Shown here: one piece after another, positions 1 to 10,472 of the stretch
Layout: every line of letters begins with the position of its first letter
How positions within the stretch are numbered: the stretch's first letter is position 1
Source of the DNA: Chiloscyllium plagiosum
Lineage: Eukaryota
Length of the DNA: 20,000 nt
Direction of reading: 5' to 3'
Assembly: GCF_004010195.1 (NCBI RefSeq)
Contig: NC_057751.1
Coordinates: forward strand, 2,796,482 to 2,816,481
The notes under the pieces: model-generated
What the model saw: the letters and a program-made list of their open reading frames with translations, nothing else
Databases searched by the model: none
Told to the model about the DNA's origin: nothing
Made by a program: the position numbers and the translations under genes

Positions 1-78
1 CTGCTTTTACAAAGGGAATCTTGGTTGTTGGACAACTGGATGAAAGGTTGCAATAAATAGATGGTGTCTTAATCTTGT

Positions 79-200
79 GGGCGGCACGGTGGCACAGTGG
101 TTAGCACTGCTGCCTCGTAGCGCCAGAGACCCGGGTTCAATTCCCGACTCAGGCGGGGCCGAAGGGCCTGTTTCCACACTGTAATCTAATCTAATCTAAT
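79..200 (+). mobile_element. HE1-like tRNA-derived SINE, internally deleted (head joined directly to 3' tail)
   Basis: A box (TGGCACAGTGG) and B box (GGTTCAATTCC) head. CTCAGGC joins directly to GGGGCCGAAGGGCCTGTTTCCACACTG and a (TAATC)n tail. Both parts match the longer copy at 15717-16010. Confidence 0.9.
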
Positions 201-246
201 ATCGGCTTTTGAAGGAGTTAGACTGCTTTTCCAAATCAGAGGATTG

Positions 247-778
247 TGTTATGGAGTAGACCAGACCACTCAAAACGTTCTTAAGCAGACAGCCCAGGCC
301 AGAACTTTGTAATTTGTTTTGGTAAGTGTACAGTGAAAATTACCCAGACTGAGGTAGCTCGGTTGACTACTAGATTTTAAAACAGACAGAAATTTACTCA
401 CAAAATTACACAATGACACACATAGAACAGAATAAAGAGCCCCTACAGAATTCAGTCTATCCAAACTAGATTTAAGTATGCTCTTCTGAACATATGCAAC
501 AGTCCCAATAAACAAACCTCCTGAAAGATCAGGAAAAAAAATGGCACAGACACTTACAGGTTGAAGTTCGAAGGCCAGAAGGAGAGAGAGAGTTTCCACG
601 TAGCTCACTGTTGAACTCCCAACTAGTTCTGGACTGAACTGCTCATCTAGAGAACTGACCACTCTCCTTCCATAATACAGGTCACTTCCAAAACATGACC
701 ACTCTGAAAAAATATCGAGGACACAGTCTCCATGAGAAAAGGAACAGCTTTTAAAAAAAAGGGACCAGCTTTGCGACA
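247..778 (-). mobile_element. Solo LTR (532 bp)
   Basis: TGT...ACA termini flanked by the exact 4-bp direct repeat ATTG (243-246 and 779-782). No coding content. Orientation inferred from similarity of the reverse-complemented right end to 18142 onward. Confidence 0.8.
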
Positions 779-789
779 ATTGATATACA

Positions 790-1203
790 AGGACTGTTGA
801 CTCAGCAGGTTGAATGCTCCCTGGGACTTAGGAGAATGAATGATAATCTTTTACGAACAAAAATTTGTTTTGGGGGCAGATGGGATGGATGCTGGGAGAA
901 TGTTTTCCTTGGCTGGGGTATTCTGAACGTGGATCATAGTTTGTCGACAAAGAAATTGGCAATTTATGACCAAGTAGAGGAAGAATTTAATCTCTGAGAG
1001 TGGAAGAAGGCTGTCAAAGCTGGGTCATTAAGTATATCCAAGTCTGATATTTTTATTCAGGAAGAGAATCAAGGCTTCTGGGGTAAATGCGAGAAGGTAA
1101 TCTTGAGCGTTATCAAATCAACCATGACCTAATTTCATGGCAAAGCACACTTGATGGGCTGAACGGCCAACTTCTGTTCCTGTGCCTCGTGGTCTTTTGG
1201 TCT
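790..1203 (+). mobile_element. Old CR1/HER1-type LINE 3' end
   Basis: Degenerate ORF2 C-terminus and 3' UTR ending GATGGGCTGAACGGCCAACTTCTGTTCCTGTGCCTCGTGGTCTTTTGGTCT, homologous to the tail at 11590-11638. Confidence 0.8.
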
Positions 1204-1289
1204 GATTGCAGCCTGAGAGAACATAAGGTCTTTTATCCTTTTGATATTGTCATTTTCAAATGACAGTGTCATTTTCTCTTGAAATTCCA

Positions 1290-1600
1290 ATCAAATTTAT
1301 TAGGTATTCTCCTTTATTTAAAATCTCTTGCCTGGAAATGTACGCATCTTCTCTGCACTTCGTCTATTGACGCCTTTCATAATTTTCAAAGTCAACCACA
1401 GTCTGTTCTTCTCCAGAAACAAGAATTCCAACTTATTCAAACTTTCCTGATGAGAAAAGTCTCTCAGTTTCAGTCTGATATGGATAAATCTCTGAAATTG
1501 CTCCATTTTCTCCATATTACTTTATCAACGTGAAGATCAGATGTGTTCACAACAGCTCTGGGTGTTTCTTGAAGGAGTTTCTATACAGTATCAACATGAT
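1290..1600 (-). mobile_element. Ancient CR1 ORF2 C-terminal fragment
   Basis: Minus-strand peptide LRDFSHQESLNKLEFLFLEKNRL..LKIMKGVNR resembles the CR1 motif SYEERLxKLGLFSLEKRRLRGDLIxxFKIMKGxDR. It probably continues at about 1925-2150 beyond the SINE. Confidence 0.6.
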
Positions 1601-1602
1601 GT

Positions 1603-1924
1603 GGCAGGACAGTGGCTCAGTGGTTAGCACGGCTGCCTCACAGTGCCAGGGACTGGGGTTGGAATCCACTCTCGGGCAACTGTGTGGAGTTTGTGTGGGT
1701 TTCCTCCCACAGTCCAAATGTGTGCAAGTTAGGTGGTTTGGCTGTGCTAAATCGCCTATAGCGTCCAGGGAAATGCAGAGATAGGGTGGTGGTGGTGGAG
1801 TTGGGGGGGTGGGGAGCGCGGATTGGGTTGGGGAGGGGCCTGAGGCTGAGTGGGATGCCCTTTGGAGAGTCAGTATGGACTCGGTGGGCCGAATGGCTTG
1901 CTTCCACACTCTAGGGATGCTATG
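1603..1924 (+). mobile_element. HE1-like SINE, near full length
   Basis: TGGCTCAGTGGTTAGCAC A box, central GGTTTCCTCCCACAGTCCAAA..GTGCAAGTTAGG core, and CR1-like tail GGGCCGAATGGCTTGCTTCCACACTCTAGGGATGCTATGA. Confidence 0.9.
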
Positions 1925-3460
1925 AAACATCTCCACTTTGCAATTTTATCTCTCCAGAGAGAAACTCCACTGCACGGTTTGGCCTTAGTAACCGGTGTTG
2001 CTGTTTTTGTTAATCTCTGTATCTTCACCAACAGCCCCCCTTTGCTCCCCAAACCAATTTTGACTCTTATACTCCAGGAAATATCTAGCCTATCAGTTAT
2101 TTGCACCAAAAAACACCAGCTTGCATTTATCTCCATTGATCTGAATTTTCGGTGTTGTTCTCTATATTAAGTTGGTTGAATAGATTTTTGTTGGGATGGA
2201 ACCAAACAGGTTTATTTTACTAACTAGGAAAACCAGCATTTATTGTCCATCTCTATTTGTCCTTGAAAATCTGGTGATGAGCTATCTACTTTTTTTGACC
2301 TCCACAGTCCACATGATACAGGTTGTTGAAGGAACGGCAATGTATTTCCAAGTCAGGATGGTGATTGGAGTGAAGGGGAACATGCAGGCAATTGTCATCC
2401 CAAATATCTACTGGCCTTGTCTTTCTAGATGGAAGTGGTTGTGGATTTTGGAAAGTGCTGTTTAAGGATTTTTGAATGACTGTGGTGCCAATCAAGCAGG
2501 CTGCTCTGTTCTGGATGGTGTCAAGCTTCTTGAGTGTTATTGGAGCTGCACCCATCCGGGCAAGAGGGAATATTTCATCACAGTCCTAACGTGTGCCTTG
2601 TAGGTGGTGGACAGGCTTTGCGGAGTCAGATTGTGAGGTATTCACACCTCTGGCTTGCTCTTGTAGCCAATATGTTTATGTGGTGAGTCCAGTTGCATTT
2701 CACATCACTGGTAAACCTCAGAATGTTGACAGTGGGGGATTCAGTGTTGGTTGCACGACTGAATGTCAGGGGCAGTGGTTAAATAGTCTCTAATTGGCAA
2801 TGGTCATTGACAGGTGTTTGTGTGGCTTGCATGTTACTTACCACTTGTCAGAGCAAGCCTGGGTATTGTCCAGATCTTGTTGCAATTGAACATGGATTTT
2901 TTCAGCATCTGAGGAACCTCCCCATTTCTGGGCTTATGGTAGAGAGAAGGTCATTGATACAGCTGCTGAAGATAGTTGGGCCTAGAACACTACCCTGAAG
3001 AACTCCCTGCAGAGATGTCCTGCAGAGCTGAGACCAACTACCACAATCATCTTCCTATGCATCAAGTATGACTCCAACCAGTGTTGGGCTTCCCCCGATA
3101 TCCATTGGTTCCAATTTTGCTTGGGCTTCTTGATGCCACACTCAAAAGCATACCTTAATGTCAAGGGTGAACATGCTGACTTCACCTCTTGTACTCAGCG
3201 CTTTTGTTCATGTTTGATCCAAGGTTGTAATGAGGTCAGGAGCTGAGTGACCCTGGTGGAACCCAATCTGAGCATTAGTGAGCAGGTTACAACTGAGCAA
3301 GTGCTGCTGATAGCACCATTATTGATGATTGAGAGGAGACGGATGGGATAATAATTGGCTAGGTTGGATATGTCCTGCCTTTGGTGTACAGGACAGTTGT
3401 ACACCTGGGCAATTTTCCACATTGTCAGGTAGATGTCAGCATTGCAACTCCAGTGGAACA

Positions 3461-4281
3461 CCATTCTCTGTGACTACCTGGTCAGGTCCGCGCCCCCCAA
3501 CAACCCACCCCCCCATCCTGGCACCTCCTCTGCCACCGCAGGAATTGCAAAACCTGGACCCACACCTCCTCCTTCACCTCCATCAACGGCCCCAAAGGAC
3601 TTTCCACATCCATTGAAGTTTCACTTGCACATCCACAAATGTCATTTATTGTATCCGTTGCTCCCGATGCGGTCTCCTCTACATTGGGGAGACTGGATGC
3701 CTTCTTACAGAGCACTTTAGGGAACATCCCAGAGACACCCGCACTAATCAACCACACCGCCCCGTGGCCCAACATTTCAACTCCTCCCACTCTTGCCCTG
3801 TGGCCGAACATTTCAACTCCCCCTCCCACTCTGCCTCGGACATGCAGGTCCTGGGCCTCCCCCACTGCCACTCCTTCACCATCTGACGCCTGGAGGAAGA
3901 ATGCCTCATCTTCCGCCTCGGAACACTTCAACCCCAGGGCATCAATGTGGACTTGATCAGTTTCCTCATTTCCCCACCCCCCATCTTACCCTTATTCCAA
4001 CCTGTCAGCTCAGCACCATCCTCATGACCTGTCCTACCTGCCAATCTTTCTTCCCACCTATCCACTTCACCCTCCTCTCTGACATATCACCTTCATCCCT
4101 AGCTCCATCCTCTTGTCGCACTCTTAGCTCCCTTCTCCTCAGCCTCACCCCCACCCACCTCCCATTTATCTCTCCACTCTGGTAGCTCCCAGCCTCATTC
4201 CTGATGAAGGGCTCCGACCTTTTTCCTGCTCCTCGGATGCTGCCTGACCTGCTGTGCTTTTCCAGCACCACTCTGATCTTG
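3461..4281 (+). mobile_element. Penelope-like element 3' fragment (GIY-YIG endonuclease region and terminal repeat)
   Basis: The frame from 3617 reads SFTCTSTNVIYCIRCSRCGLLYIGETG..EHFREH, a GIY-YIG motif with CxxC. The terminal part has CTGATGAAGGGCT. Flanks are a 14-bp direct repeat, ACTCCAGTGGAACA (3447-3460) and ACTCCACTGCAACA (4282-4295). Confidence 0.9.
3759..3832 (+). repeat. ~36-bp tandem duplication inside the Penelope fragment
   Basis: GCCCCGTGGCCCAACATTTCAACTCCTCCCACTCTT is followed by GCCCTGTGGCCGAACATTTCAACTCCCCCTCCCACTCT. Confidence 0.9.
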
Positions 4282-4793
4282 ACTCCACTGCAACAGCTTG
4301 ACTAAGGGTGGGACAAGTTCTGATATCGTACAGACTGAATCAAATTGGCTGAAAACTGGTATCGGTGATGCTGGGACCACTGGAGAAGGCCATGCTGGAT
4401 TATACACAAGGCACTCCTGGCTGAAGATTGCTATAAATGCTTCAGCCTTACCTTTTGTACTGATGTGTTGGGATCCTCCATCGTTGTGGATGGGGCTATT
4501 TGAGAAACCACCTCCGCCAGTGAGTTGTTTCATTGACCACCAATGTTCACGACTGGATGTAATAGGATTGCAGAGCCTAGATCTGATACTTCGGTTGTGG
4601 GGTCACTGAGCTCGACCTATCACTTGGTGCTTATGCTGGTTTTATTCATTCATTCATGGGATGATGGCTTCACTGGCTCAGCCAGTTTGGCAAGCAAGTA
4701 GTCCTGTTTGGTAGCTTCACCAAGTTGACACCTCATTGGCTTGATTTAGATGGACCTTTATTCATTCTTTCCTGTTCACGCTGTGTATTCTGT

Positions 4794-5572
4794 TGTTACA
4801 AAGTTGCAAGTGTATATATCCACTTTAAAATAGAGAGTGTTTTCTGAATTTTGGAGTGAAATTAAAGTGCCCACTCAGCTGCCCAAATGAAACAGCGAAG
4901 AGAAGGGCTGTTCCAAAACAGATACATGTAACAACTGGCTGTTAATGGATACCTGAGTTTTGGTTGCTGTTTTGAAAGCAATTCCAATTTAACGAATTAA
5001 TTTAAATTATGCCCAGGATACTAAAACCCAATGAGTTTGAGTTTTTTTTTGACAACATCAGATCAATGAGAGAATACGATATCAGGGCAGTGTGAGAAAA
5101 CGCGGACATTTTGAAAATTGGTCAGAGGAACTGCCATTGAACAGCTGTTAAGCTGGAGAGTTAACTGCCCATCGAATATCACGCTCCCAACAAAACAAGA
5201 AGACACTCTCTCTATCAGAAGGTACCTTTTCCTGTACAAGCATTAAAAAGAAAGAGACCCAGAGAGATCAACAGATGGAAGATTGAAGACAGCTGAGCAG
5301 ACAGAGACAGTGTGGACTTGAGATGAAGTTAATGTAATGTTTAATAAGTGTGTTATTGCATGTTAATAGGATTGTGTTCAGTTTGGTTTGTTAATAGGTT
5401 TGTGTAGTGTTCACTGTTCGAGTTTGGAAAATAAATTGTTATTTTTCTTTAAATGGTGGGAATTAGGAGTTCTCTGTCACTCACTCATATTTTAACAGAT
5501 TACAAGACGAGGCGAGTTTTTTCTGGGTTTTTGGTTTTAATTAACAGAAAGTTCAACCTCTGCGTCATAACA
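4794..5572 (+). mobile_element. Solo LTR (779 bp)
   Basis: TGTTA...TAACA inverted termini, flanks CTGT (4790-4793) and CTAT (5573-5576) as a 4-bp TSD with one mismatch, and AATAAA at about 5430. Confidence 0.75.
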
Positions 5573-5681
5573 CTATACTCCCCAAGGCCTACCAACCCTT
5601 CTGTATCTCAGACAAAAGTGATTACTTATTCATTTCACGGTCTATACAATATACCACAGCCTCCCTTATCCAGCCTTATCA

Positions 5682-5729
5682 TGCCCTGTATCTTTTTAAA
5701 GTGCTGCCCTGTATCTTTTTAAAGTGCTG
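5682..5729. repeat. Perfect 23-bp tandem duplication
   Basis: TGCCCTGTATCTTTTTAAAGTGC occurs twice, followed by TG. Confidence 0.95.
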
Positions 5730-6429
5730 ACAACTGAACGGGATGGTGGAGGGGTGTTGTGTTAGGTCCCTGGACTGATGAACCAGGTCGAATCCTCACG
5801 CTGCAAGTAGGTAATATTCCAAATGCTTTCAATCTGAAAACGGTAGACAAATCAAGGAGCTTCTTGGTCTGTCTGGCTTGAAACACTGTGCTCCTCTCAG
5901 CGGTGCAAGATAACCACAGGAAGTAACAAAATCGAAATTTGAGAGAATAGGGTCAGGATGGTAGCTTGAGGAAGGGTGTGTAGAACTCAAGTGCAGGAAA
6001 ACACTGATGTAGGTTGAACACTGGTTGGACCAAGTATCCTGGCCCTGCCATGTAACCTTCTCAGTACTCAAGAAACATGCCCTCCCAATACTACCTCAGA
6101 TCATACCCCAGACTGACCACTCTGATTCCCTTGATCAGTTTACTGAAAATGTCCCCATATCAGCTTTATCACTGAGCTTGATGAAACTTGAGGCACTTGT
6201 CTTCAGTTCATTCAGAAGTTGGAGAGAAACTAATTCATCTGGTGTAGGAATTAAGAAGATGGTACAGCGTGAAAGTGAAAATGGGAGGCAGAGGGAGATC
6301 GTGGGACCGACAGACAGAGGAGTCTCAGAAATGTCAGTACATTCCAAACTGAAAGGATAATGCAAGCATGATCTTCAGCCAGAAATCTCTGGGTAAGTTT
6401 GTTTGGAAAAATACACTGTACTGCCTCAC

Positions 6430-7290
6430 TGTAGAAGCATGCTCGAAATGAAGCCCACTATTCCGGGAATGGCCATGCAAATTAAAGATTTTTAAAAGTC
6501 CATAAAATTCACCAATTTACCTGTCTTTTAGGCTTAAGCTAACAGAGGACATGGACCAGGTTCCTGTACATAACATAAATTGCTATTTATTACAAATAAA
6601 TAAATTGGAAATAGAGATAATCATTGACTCCCCCTCTACACACAAGTGTATACACATACAGACAGAGAGAAATGTCGATTGTGTTGGGTGGAAAGAAAGA
6701 CTGAAAGACAGTTCCAAGGTCCCTGTTCCCAGGGGTTGACTGACGTGGTACTTTGAGCTTGTCAGCATGTGTCACTTCTGCATGTTCCTTCTCCAGATAT
6801 TTTCACTTGTTTGTAGAAGGTACAAGGTGGCTGGTTCACATTTAGAAAGTATCTGGCTGACTGGTTAGGAACCATGGCTTACAACAGCTGCTGGGGGAGA
6901 AATGAACTTGCTTCCTTCAGGCTTAACGTAATTTATGCTGCCCTTGTGAAGAACTGATGGCTTCTCCCAAACATTCACAACCCCAAGCTGTTCAGCTGCC
7001 GAGAAGCCAATCAGATAGTTGTTTGCGAGCAGAAAGCTGCTGTCAGCAAAATTGGTCACGAGACCAGAGACTAATCAGCCATGAATGTTACCAGGCAAAC
7101 CTTGCACACAGTCCTCTGGCTTCAGCTCGAACAAGCAACTATCTAGTGTCAGCAGCACTTTGCATGGGTGTCAGGTGACTTGTTGGTAAAAACTGCAGCA
7201 ATCCTTCATCCATCCTGGGTTTTTAAAACTGTTCTTTTCCAATTTCAGCCCGCAATTAAAAATGCAGAAAAATAACCCCAAGGCAATTGC
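6430..7290 (-). mobile_element. Possible LTR-like sequence, boundaries uncertain
   Basis: Begins with TGT, has a minus-strand AATAAA (TTTATT at about 6585) and CCAATCA motifs, and resembles the other LTRs in composition. No TSD found. Confidence 0.3.
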
Positions 7291-7480
7291 ATGGATTTCT
7301 TCCAATGCAAACGTTTAAGCCGAGATCTAATAAAAGTGCTAAAATATTTAATAACTTTTCATACGGTTGATGGGAGAAATTATTTTACCTCGTGTCTGAG
7401 TCCAGACGGAAGCGGAAGTTTGAAATTCCCATGGAGAGTACAGAGAGGTTTGGAAATGGCATGTTTCACAAACTAAAACT
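7291..7480 (+). mobile_element. Ancient CR1 ORF2 C-terminal remnant
   Basis: KRLSRDLIKVLKYLITFHTVDGRNYF resembles RRLRGDLIEVFKIMKGFDRVDxEKLF. Confidence 0.6.
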
Positions 7481-7614
7481 AGGTCAGAGATATGGAGCAC
7501 AAAGGAAGGAGGGGTTGCTGTTCCACTTCCAGAGCTGGTGAGTGTTCTTTTGTTCTCCAAACTTGGAAATTGTATCTTGCAATTCTTTGGGCAAAGGAGT
7601 AAAATCATAAATAA

Positions 7615-7935
7615 GGAAGTCACAGCTGCTGTGCTGTGACTGTGACAGGCAACAGAATGCACTGCAGATCCAGACAACCACTGAGTTTGCAGCAGGAACA
7701 ACTTCAGCTGAGAGTTGCTGAACGGGAGCCTTTCTTCCCGACGTTACATGCCAGAAGGGAGAAGAGAGTTACCTGAATAACTTGTTCTGAGAGGCAGTCA
7801 CATCCCTCAGTGAAGCAGAATTTTCAGGTTGATGATTGTTTGTGGAGATGAGCCTGTCACTGCAAGTCAGGCCAGTGTGAGGATTGAGGAAGCAGTGATG
7901 GAGGAGCCTCAGCCTTGACTGTGACCAACAGTAGA
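7615..7935 (+). mobile_element. Decayed CR1-type ORF1 N-terminal (zinc finger/coiled-coil) fragment
   Basis: Frameshifted peptides EQLQLRVAE, ESYLNNLF*EAVTSL and VTASQASVRIEEAVMEEPQP resemble the CR1 ORF1 leucine-zipper and linker region. Confidence 0.5.
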
Positions 7936-8280
7936 AGGATGGCAGGGTGAATGAGTGAACTTAACATGGCACCATTGTGCAGGTTGCCATTCAAGTTCAG
8001 AACATGAAATGGAATGTGACAGGGACAGGGGACAGAGAGAAAATGCTCGTTCCTGCAGTCATCACCAACAGTTCTGCTGGTCACATTGTCTTTTGGCTGC
8101 CAGGGTTAAGGACATCTGCTTGTAATAACAGATGTGCCATCTCCTGCAACCACCTTGAGTGACAGCAACAGGACAGGAAGAGTTCGACTGCCTCATGCAA
8201 CTTCACCCCCAGGGTCCAGCAGTTCTCATCGCCACAGTCCCTGAGTTCGGCCTAGTGCAATACCCAACATACAGGATCGT

Positions 8281-8733
8281 CGAAAGTTTTCATGAAGATC
8301 TGTAGCTCAGGAGCTGATTGGATTCGTTGTTGATCTGTTCTCTGAGCTGGTAGGTTTGTTGGCAGACATTTTGTCCCCTCTCTCGGTGACATCATCAGTG
8401 CTGTGTTGCCTCCTGTGAAGCACTGCTGTACTGTTCCACTCACTAGGACAGGCCGAGTAAAAAACAGGGAAGGAATTCCTGGAATCATGGGACTCATCTT
8501 CCGACTCTATCAGCAAACACATTGACCTGCAGCCGATATACAAACCGCTGCACTGGAAAACCAGAACTAGCACCGATCGGAAACAGGTCAAACAGAACCA
8601 CATCAACTCAGAGCAAAACAGGACAGCAGTGCTTCACAGGAGGCAACACAGCACTGATGATGTCACCAAGAAAGGGGACAAAATGTCTGCCAACAAACCT
8701 ACCAGCTCAGAGAACAGACTAACAACGAATCCA
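8281..8733 (+). mobile_element. Penelope-like element remnant with inverted pseudo-LTRs
   Basis: Inverted 117-bp arms at 8319-8435 and 8617-8733 (5 mismatches). The spacer encodes LGQAE*KTGKEFLESWDSSSDSISKHIDLQPIYKPL, like a PLE GIY-YIG C-terminus. Each arm has a CTGATGA hammerhead-like motif. Confidence 0.85.
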
Positions 8734-9846
8734 GACAGGACAGTGCCCAAACAGACAATGTCCGTAATTCTGGAAAAGCTGCATACAAAGGTGGGATACT
8801 AGAGACAGCTTCTACAGCATTATTTCTGAGTCTGTCTGAGGGACAAGTTGCCCATACCTTCTACAGCAGACTATCCAGACCCACTGAATAAGGCAAAAAA
8901 ATTGCAAAAGGAGCGGGGAGACGCAAATGGCATACCTTTATTGCAACATCAGCAGAGGCTGAATAGTTCAGTGTGTCCACTGCTCCTCATAACTTTGGGA
9001 CAGTCTTTCTAGAAAGCCTTCACCATTCTATCTACATCCTCAGTCCCCACACCTGTATTGTGTCTACCTGGAGCGAAGATGGTGTTAGCCTGTGGTGACA
9101 GAGCATTTTACATTGCTCATTGTTTGCTGGGAGAACACATTTATTTGAAGACCACAAGGAACAAGAATGTGGAACTGTTTTGGATACTCTGGGATTCAAA
9201 AAGGCTTCACCATTATTTTGAAGGGAGAGGTGAAACATGTAATGTGAGCTGTGACTCATCTGCTAATGACACAAAGTTGAATAATTTATGGAATGGAGAC
9301 TAGCAAAGCTTTTTAGAGCGATAAGAGATGATATTTAATGCTTTAGTTGTTGGACGAACGTGATTTTGAACAGATCAGACACTTGTGCTGAACACTGCCG
9401 AGCAACGTTCTTCTGAAGTTGGTCTGTGTTTTTCTAGGGCACCTGGATGGTTCTCCAATGTGTAAAATAAGTTAGTCTCTATCCCTCTCTCTCTTTCTCT
9501 CTCAGTCTCTGTCTCCTTCACTCTCTCCCATCAAAAAAATAACAAACTTTCCAACAGGGCAAGCTGTACAGATCTCTCTCTCTCAATAAAGTATTTTTGG
9601 AAGTATTTTATCGATCTCACTAACCCTAGAAGCTGAATCTCTCCTTCTATTCAATGACCAATGTCTTACTGACTTTCCATCTGAACTGAAGGCTGGTCTG
9701 AAGATTTTCCATCACACTATAACTGTCAGAATTTGGATCTGTTGACAAGAAATTTGGAGCCTCTGAGAAGTCATCCAATTTTGCTCCTTGAATTTGAATC
9801 TTTGGCATACAGAGACATGCTTTTCCCCTTTTGCCCTTGGAGTGAC

Positions 9847-10073
9847 TGCAACCAGATCAGCTAGTGGGACCTCATAGAATCAAAGTTCCCCAATTGGGAC
9901 TGTTAAACTGATCCAATCAGGGAGCCCTGGCTGACAGATAGAAACAGGAGTGTCAGGGATTCTGTTCACTCTGAGAGCAGGCTCTGAGGGAGTTACATCA
10001 GTTTCAAGAACCCTCCATGTATAACTAAAGGGTGACTTAGTGATGGGATATTGGTTCCTGTGGAGTTATTTCA
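9847..10073 (+). mobile_element. Short solo LTR-like repeat (~227 bp)
   Basis: TG...TTTCA termini, CCAAT box at 9912, degenerate TATA (GATAGAAA) and polyA signal (ACTAAA) in the expected order. Recalled as a common shark repeat. No clear TSD. Confidence 0.55.
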
Positions 10074-10191
10074 GCTGTAGGACCCTTTTATTCTGGATAA
10101 GAGTAACAAAGGGAAATACTTTGGCTATGTTGATAACTGATTTAAAACATTTACGCTCCTGGTATAGCTTGTGGAGTTTTGGGGCTTCATT

Positions 10192-10471
10192 AGGCAGGTA
10201 CAGTGGTTAGCACTGCTGCCTCACAACACCAGACATCTGTGTTTGATTCCAGCCTCAGACGGCTGGCGTTGTGTTGAGTTTGCACATCCTCCCTGTGTCT
10301 GTGTGGGTTTCCTTTGGGTGCTCCAGTTTCCTCCCACAGTCCAAAGATGTGCAGGTTAGGTGGATTAGTCATGGCAAATATAGGGGAGTCGGTCTGTGTG
10401 AAATACTCTTCAGGGGATTGGTGTGGACTTGATAGGCTGAATGGTCTTTTTCCACACTGGAGGGATTCTCT
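10192..10471 (+). mobile_element. HE1-like SINE
   Basis: CAGTGGTTAGCACTGCTGCCTCAC head, TTTCCTCCCACAGTCCAAAGATGTGCAGGTTAGG core, and tail GGCTGAATGGTCTTTTTCCACACTGGAGGGATTCT. Confidence 0.9.
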
Positions 10472-10472
10472 A

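Larger units (their letters stand above)
2222..4740 (-). mobile_element. Decayed CR1/L2-group LINE (ORF2 RT region and 3' end), split by a Penelope insertion
   Basis: Minus-strand peptides QHISTKGKAEAFIAIFSQ, MWKIAQV..PVHQRQDISNLANYYPIRLLSII (RT domain 1), HWLESYLMHRKMIVVVG and GAAPITLKKLDTIQNRAACLIG, with frameshifts and deletions. Confidence 0.85.

Noticed and set aside
79..155. tRNA gene (also the heads at 1603, 10192, 12660 and 15717)
   Set aside because: A/B boxes continue into SINE body or tail and there is no complete acceptor stem. These are SINE heads.
270..779. 169-aa ORF
   Set aside because: It coincides with the TSD-flanked solo LTR, has a non-ATG start and shows no recognisable domain.
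6025..6360. 111-aa ORF
   Set aside because: Non-ATG start, no recognisable motif and no convincing splice boundaries.
8319..8733. MITE/DNA transposon with long TIRs
   Set aside because: The spacer encodes a PLE endonuclease C-terminus and the arms match the Penelope terminal repeat at 13057-13250.
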